Shown here: one piece after another, positions 58,271-64,000 of the stretch
Numbering within the stretch: position 1 is the stretch's first letter
Layout of the letters: each line of letters starts with the position of its first letter
NCBI GenBank assembly: GCA_030265395.1
Contig: JARFYF010000056.1
Coordinates: forward strand, 13,541,223-13,605,222
Reading direction: 5' to 3'
Source: Rhina ancylostomus
Taxonomy: Eukaryota
Length of the DNA: 64,000 nucleotides
Translations under genes and position numbers: made by a program
The notes under the pieces: model-generated
The model's input: the letters and a program-made list of their open reading frames with translations, nothing else
Database searches by the model: none
What the model was told of the DNA's origin: nothing

Positions 58271-60394
58271 GGGCATTACTAGGGGAAAATAAATGCATTT
58301 CTAAAGAAGGTATTGAGTTGAAGTATAGAAGTCGATAACATTTTTCAGGAGAGCTAATAGATCTGTTTTCCTTTTCACTGTACATCCTCAGTGGTCTATA
58401 ACTGAGTGCACCACAAAAAGAAATTATATGCTGCCTGTTTCATGCTGCAGTTTTTGAGAAAGGAACATCTAAGTTCAGAAATGTAACAGGGCTGTTAAGA
58501 ATGTGCCTGAATAAGATTAGCAAGTTGAGAATGTGTATTGATAATTTTTCTTTACTTCGGGACAGAACACTAAATCAATACCAACACAGTGTGGAACACT
58601 CATTCAAAAGCACCTTTTGCTTAAAGGGACAAATATGTTCACTTCAACCATTTAGTTAGTACCAACTGCCAGATACCTCAACAGCAACTGCTGCTTGCTA
58701 ACTGGGGCTTCTGTTTGAGCAGGTGAAATATTTGCTGCTATCCTTTTTGCTCCAAACCTATTTCTAACTTGCAAATATTCAGTTTTCTTCCAGCTTTACT
58801 GAATTCTGCATCATGTGAGGAAAATATTATCCTGCAGTTTTATTTTATTGCTCTAGTTTTAATGAGGTGTACACTAGTGAATGTAATATAAATGAGAGGA
58901 TAATACCAGTCACACACTCAGCCTCAGTGATTGTAAGACAGCTTTTACATATAACTGAAATGGAATGTACCCCATAAACAAATCAGTAAATAGATTCTGA
59001 TAACTCCTGAGCAGCTGGGAGTTCTGATTTCGATGGAGGATATACTTTTATTCCCTGAGGAAAGATTCCCTACTGCCCAACTGTTCTTTTAATTCCTCAA
59101 TATTTTAATGATTCACCTTCTGCTCCTTGAGCAATTCCATTTGACCCTCTCAGTATTAGGAGAATGGAGGCACTTGGACTTCGACTGAGCAGAGTGTGGC
59201 GAAGTGATTGTATGTGGACAGATTGTGAAGTGTGTTTGGTTGCTTGTAAATGATTAGAGTGTAATGTTGTGCCATGGTTGGTTACCTGTACATGGGTAGA
59301 AGGTGAAGATGTATGCATCTGGCTAAACGTTACTGAGGGATAGAAAATATGGATTTATTTTTAAATACATTCTCTATAATGGTTGTGTTTGGAAAATGAT
59401 TTGGCTAAACATGGTGATTTGAGGTTGGTGAGCAGGGAAAAGAGATCGAGTGCCAATTTAAATGCATGGTTTAAAAGTTACTTTTGTGAAAATATTGTCT
59501 ATCTAAAGTATTCCAACAGACTGAGACTTGCGGGTGCCAGCCCTACACTGGCTATCCTTACTGCCTTGGTTTGAAATACCATCACCAGTTCTGTGGTTGC
59601 TTTATGCTGATCCCCAAGCTTTGTGGGGTTTCTACTTCATGTGAAAGTGTCACCCTGAGCCAGTAATGGATGGATGAGCTCTTCTGTGTACTACATTGAA
59701 TTCAGTTTAATGGTAATCAGAGCTAGTGGCTAAATATTGAACATCTTGAGAACTAGGAATATTTAATGAAGCCTCCTTAGTTAAGGAAGTTTTCCTTAAG
59801 TCAGGATTCTAAATTTGACCTTTCATTTTTCCAGCTGACTTATTAGTCGTTTTCATTTTACAAAGCGGAGTCCCCATTACTTTTTAATAACACCCCTTGG
59901 AGCACAACAGTAAATGTGATGGTGGTGTGCTATTGTTTTATTCGTTCATATTCCCAGTGGAGGTTGGGAAAAGTTGCTTTTGGCTTACTGTTGCACATTG
60001 CTGCAAAGTGAGGGGGACAAAAGCAAAAGGCCACAAGACTCAACTTGTTTCTGGAACACAGTTATGTTCAGAGTTGCCATACTGTATAAAACAAAATTAA
60101 AGACAAAGATTGATATAAAGCCTTGCATTGCAAGGCACAAATAATTCTGTAAATAGTGTATGTGTGTAACATTTTGTAAATTCATTGTGAAGAAGGGCAG
60201 CAATTTAATCTGTTGCTCATGATGTATATCCATAACTTGAATCTAATTAAAAGGAAGTGGGGGATATGATTTCAGTATATTGCGGTATTTATTTGGGGAT
60301 GAAGAATACATTTTAAAGAATGAGATGAGAAACACTTAGAAAAAAATTGTCTGCATTATAATACTGATGTGGTCCTGTTAGACTTTCTGGTATA

Positions 60395-60450
60395 AATAAA
60401 TTGATTCAATAAATTGCACTCACTTCTTTTGTCCTGTCATAATTTTGGTT
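60395..60450 (+). terminator. Distal polyadenylation signal (tandem AATAAA at 60395-60400 and 60408-60413) with T/GT-rich downstream element
   Basis: Two hexamers followed by cttcttttgtcctgtc...ttttggtt; upstream TGTA motifs. Confidence 0.6.
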
Positions 60451-61029
60451 AGATTTGGTATCCTGTGTGTGCGACACTAAATTTGGTTTAATGATGAGCA
60501 CAGCATAATAATTTATGTGCCGGTAACTATCCTTGTTTTAGGCTCCCTCCTGTGGCACCTACAATCAAATGAAGACAAGTTTCAGATTTGATATCCAGGC
60601 TGCACTCTGTTATCTGAAATCAGCTGGGGCACCTTTGAGGGTGCTATAATGAACTACTGCTTCTGAGGAAAAGTATTGCACGTCACACACATGAAAATAA
60701 CCTCACGACTGTTGTGAATAAGGACTGCATGATATGTTGAGAAGGGGGTAAAACTGAAAAGGAGGAACTTCTTGATTGCATTTAAGAAGTATTGACGTGA
60801 AGCTAAGGAAGATTAAACATGCACTATAAAATGGGCAAAACAAAAAGTAACCATTTCTTTGCATTTTCAAGGAGAGAAAGTAAGATTTTCTTTGCACCTT
60901 TAAGAAGAAAGAGCATTAATTCAAACTGATTAACCTGCAGGTTTTTTTCCCATACTTTGCATGAGAAAGGCTAATAGTTTGAAAAGGAGAGCACAGCAAA
61001 TAATGCATACCCAGCAATAGAATGTGTCT

Positions 61030-62790
61030 GATTAGGTGGTCCCTCGATGTTGAGGGCAACTTGCTGAGGAAAGAAAAGCAGAGTTAATGTTTCCAAAGGG
61101 TCTTTAATGTGAAACCATAACTCTGTCTCACTTTCCATAGATGTTGCCTGACCTGCTGAGTGTGCATAGTATCTTCTGTCTTTATTTCAGATTTCCAGTA
61201 AATGCAGTTTGTTGATTTTTAAATTGTTTCCACTCCAGTTCTATGGGGTCTGAAGTGACTGGTGACACCAATTTAGACCTGCATATTTTGCCACATATTG
61301 GATGGTAGGTGGTTAAGAGGGATGGTGGGTTAGCAGCATGGTAGATGGTACACACCACCTTCCATTTACACTGGGTGTCCGGCTCCTGATACATGGACTC
61401 GGGGTTCTCAGTGGTAGCCTGACTGCTTCTCATTCTTGTCAGTGGGAATGTTACACGTTTTTATGAAGATTTTGAGAATGTTGTTGGATACTTTTTTCTT
61501 TCCACCTGGTATTCCCACACCATGAAATAGATTGCCTGTTTTTGAAGTCTGGTTCTGTGCAAGTGAATGACATGGCCAGCCCAACAGAGCTGAAATAAAT
61601 GTAATTAGTGCCTCAGTCCTGTAAGAGGACACTTGGTTTGCTTATCCTGCCAGTGGAGGAATTTTCAGAGATGGTTTTGATATTTCTCCAGTGCCTGATG
61701 AGCCTGTTGAAAGTAGTTCAACTCTCAAAAGCATACAGGAGGAGAAGGATCTGTGCTTCCTGGTAAAATGACTTTTGTGCCAGGTTTGAGGTCAAATATC
61801 AATTTCCTCTGATGGGCATGTAAGGTAATGGTGAAGTTCATCATTTGCATCTGCCTCTGCTGAGGGGTGACTCCCAAGTTATGGGAAGTAGACCTCTCTT
61901 TCCACTGTTGACATTCAGTGGAAGGAAATGTTGTACAGTAGGGACAGGTTGCTAGATGATCTTTGTTTTGTTTTGTTGCATTTCTTCTGTTTCAATGGAC
62001 AATGTCAATGGTGACATAGAGCTTGGACTCTGGATATGTGTACTAGAGTTGTCTGCGTACTGCAACTGGACTGCTGAAATTGGGTGACCTTGGTTTTGGA
62101 TTGGAAGTGGTGCAGGTTGGATAGTCTCCCACTTGTCCGGTAGATTAGCTTCCCTCCAGCAGGAAGCATGCTGGAGGTGATGTGAGCAGTCGGAGGAGAT
62201 AGACTGGTGAAAAACATGTTGGGGCAATGACTCAGCCTTGATGCTGGTTGTAGTGTGATTGGATCTGTTGGGGACTAGTTGGTTAGGATTGCATCTGGCA
62301 TGGCCTTGTGAAGCAAATGGAAGAATTGAGAAGAATTTCTGTAAGCTGCCAAATTTGAGGATGTTTTATTGTCCCTCTTATTGATGGGGTCGAAACCTTT
62401 AATGAAGTCAAGAAAGGTCACGTGCAGTAGTCATGCTTCCTACATTCCCCTTAGAGTGCCATGAAGACCTTGTCCACTGTAGTTTTTGATGAATAAATCC
62501 ATACTGTGATTTGGGGAGCAATATTTAGTCTCTGGGAGGTGGCAGTTGAGAAGAACACTTGTGATAACATTCCCTTTGGAAGTTCACAGGATATTCATCT
62601 GCAGTTAACATAATCAGATTTATCTCATTTCTAGAAGAGGATCATGATTATAGTGTTCCTGAGATCCCCTGAGATATTCTTCTTTACCAGATGTTGGGGA
62701 TGAGGTTGTGGATTTGTGAATGCAGTTCCTCACCAAGTTTTAGAACTAGGTAGATTCAATGCTGCTTTTCAGAATTGCAAACTTCATATC
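61030..62790 (-). mobile_element. RTE-clade LINE (3' part), with its 3' end split by a Penelope-type fragment (61068-61225)
   Basis: Minus strand shows LPKSQYGF, T.DK.F and FLDF.KGFD RT remnants. ggtccctcgatgttgagggcaacttgct | ttccactccagttctatgggg rejoin across the insert. Confidence 0.7.
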
Positions 62791-64000
62791 AATGAGGAAT
62801 AAAGGAAAATAATGAATAAAAATAAGCTGCCAGCTGCTTTCTCAAGGGGGTGTGGTGGGACTTAAAAGACTTTGATTAACCAGCAGATATTTGAAATGCT
62901 ACATGAAATACAATTGATTCCACGTTACATGCTATACCAACTTGGACATCTATTGGTGCTCCTTCATTGTCACTGGCCTAAAATAATAGGAACTCGCAAC
63001 TCAATAGCACTAAGATTATCTCTGCACCACATGAGCTGGCTTTTGTGGAGCAGGCTTACCTTTACTGTTGAAGGGAGAACCAGGCCATGGCAATAAATGC
63101 ACTTTTGCTGTCGATGTGCACATACTGAGAATGAAGAACGAGGAAAGCAGGTTTCATTCCCACCTATTCTGCTTCCTTCAAAGCATTATTTGATGCCACT
63201 GAATATACAACCAACATGGAATGACAAGTGTTCTTGCCTCATTCACATATTGCACTTGTACTGAGTACACAGCAGAAATAGAAAGGTGTCTAGAGTGGAT
63301 AAGCAAATGTGAATGTTTCCTCTGATGGACTAGACTGTTCTGATTCAACACTCCTCAATTGACAAGTGACTCGATGTTTATCAAATAAAAGCTTACTACT
63401 TCTGTACAATCATGATGCTTAACTTTTTTTTACGCTTTCAAAGCATAAATAGTAATATATTCCAAAACAAATTTGCTTATCTATAAATTTGTTTTTTAAA
63501 AAGGCATTTTATGTACTTGGATGAGTGGCAGAATCCAATTTGCAGAATTATTGAATTTAACCCTTGGGCTGAATGTATGATTGGATGTAATTGTAATCCA
63601 AGATGAACTCTGATTATGTTTGATTAAGGGTCACTAATAGTCTGTATAAAGCAGTTAAAACATGCTATGGGGTGGCAAGTAGCAATATTAGGTACATTAT
63701 TTTAAAATTTGAATACATATATATTTTAAAATGCTAGTACTTTCAAATTATCTCTCCAGACCAACTAAAAATAGGAATTGATATCTACACTGACAGTATT
63801 TCAGACAGTTGATTCAGGCTTTTTCCTAGTCTGACCAGGAGTTTTTGATGCCTAGACTGCTTTATATAAACCAGTTTGGATTAGGTTTGTACTTGTGCTA
63901 CCAAACTTTAATCAAAGTCATAGAAGCTATTGACTTACTAAGTCTTTCTTGATGGTTATCAAAGGTCATACAATGAGAAGATGAACTGATAAGTATTTAT

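Larger units (their letters stand above)
57317..60435 (+). other. GOLGA2: Probable GOLGA2 3'UTR (about 3.1 kb)
   Basis: Repeat-poor AT-rich stretch from the stop codon to tandem AATAAA signals. The end point is inferred. Confidence 0.55.

Noticed and set aside
62800-64000. Possible 3' end of a convergent neighbouring gene (DNM1 in mammalian synteny)
   Set aside because: No exon or convincing minus-strand poly(A) context is visible in the window.

Overview
This is AT-rich, CpG-depleted vertebrate DNA. The repeat content (HE1/V-SINE-like tRNA SINEs, CR1/HER1, Rex1, RTE, Deu-SINE and Penelope hairpins) points to a cartilaginous fish, probably a ray or sawfish relative. The assembly is gappy and probably short-read. 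One gene dominates the window: GOLGA2 (GM130 cis-Golgi golgin) on the + strand. I assembled 28 coding exons by hand between 963 and 57316. All introns are GT-AG, phases match at every junction, and the exons sum to 3129 nt (1042 aa plus stop). Exon 1 lies upstream of the window. The 3'UTR probably runs to about 60430. Nearly all listed ORFs are chance ORFs, exon read-throughs, retroelement debris or N-gap artefacts. I found no convincing novel multi-gene system. The best second-look items are: (1) minimal hammerhead-ribozyme relics in Penelope-derived intronic hairpins, one with a 13-bp target-site duplication (TSD); (2) two near-perfect hairpins with a template-switch signature; (3) a SINE head that seems to supply the branch point of a constitutive exon; (4) two in-frame cassette-like exons with oppositely placed RBFOX motifs; (5) a frameshifting internal donor, a NAGNAGNAG acceptor, and two introns apparently absent in mammals. 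Homology statements come from recalled sequences, not database searches.
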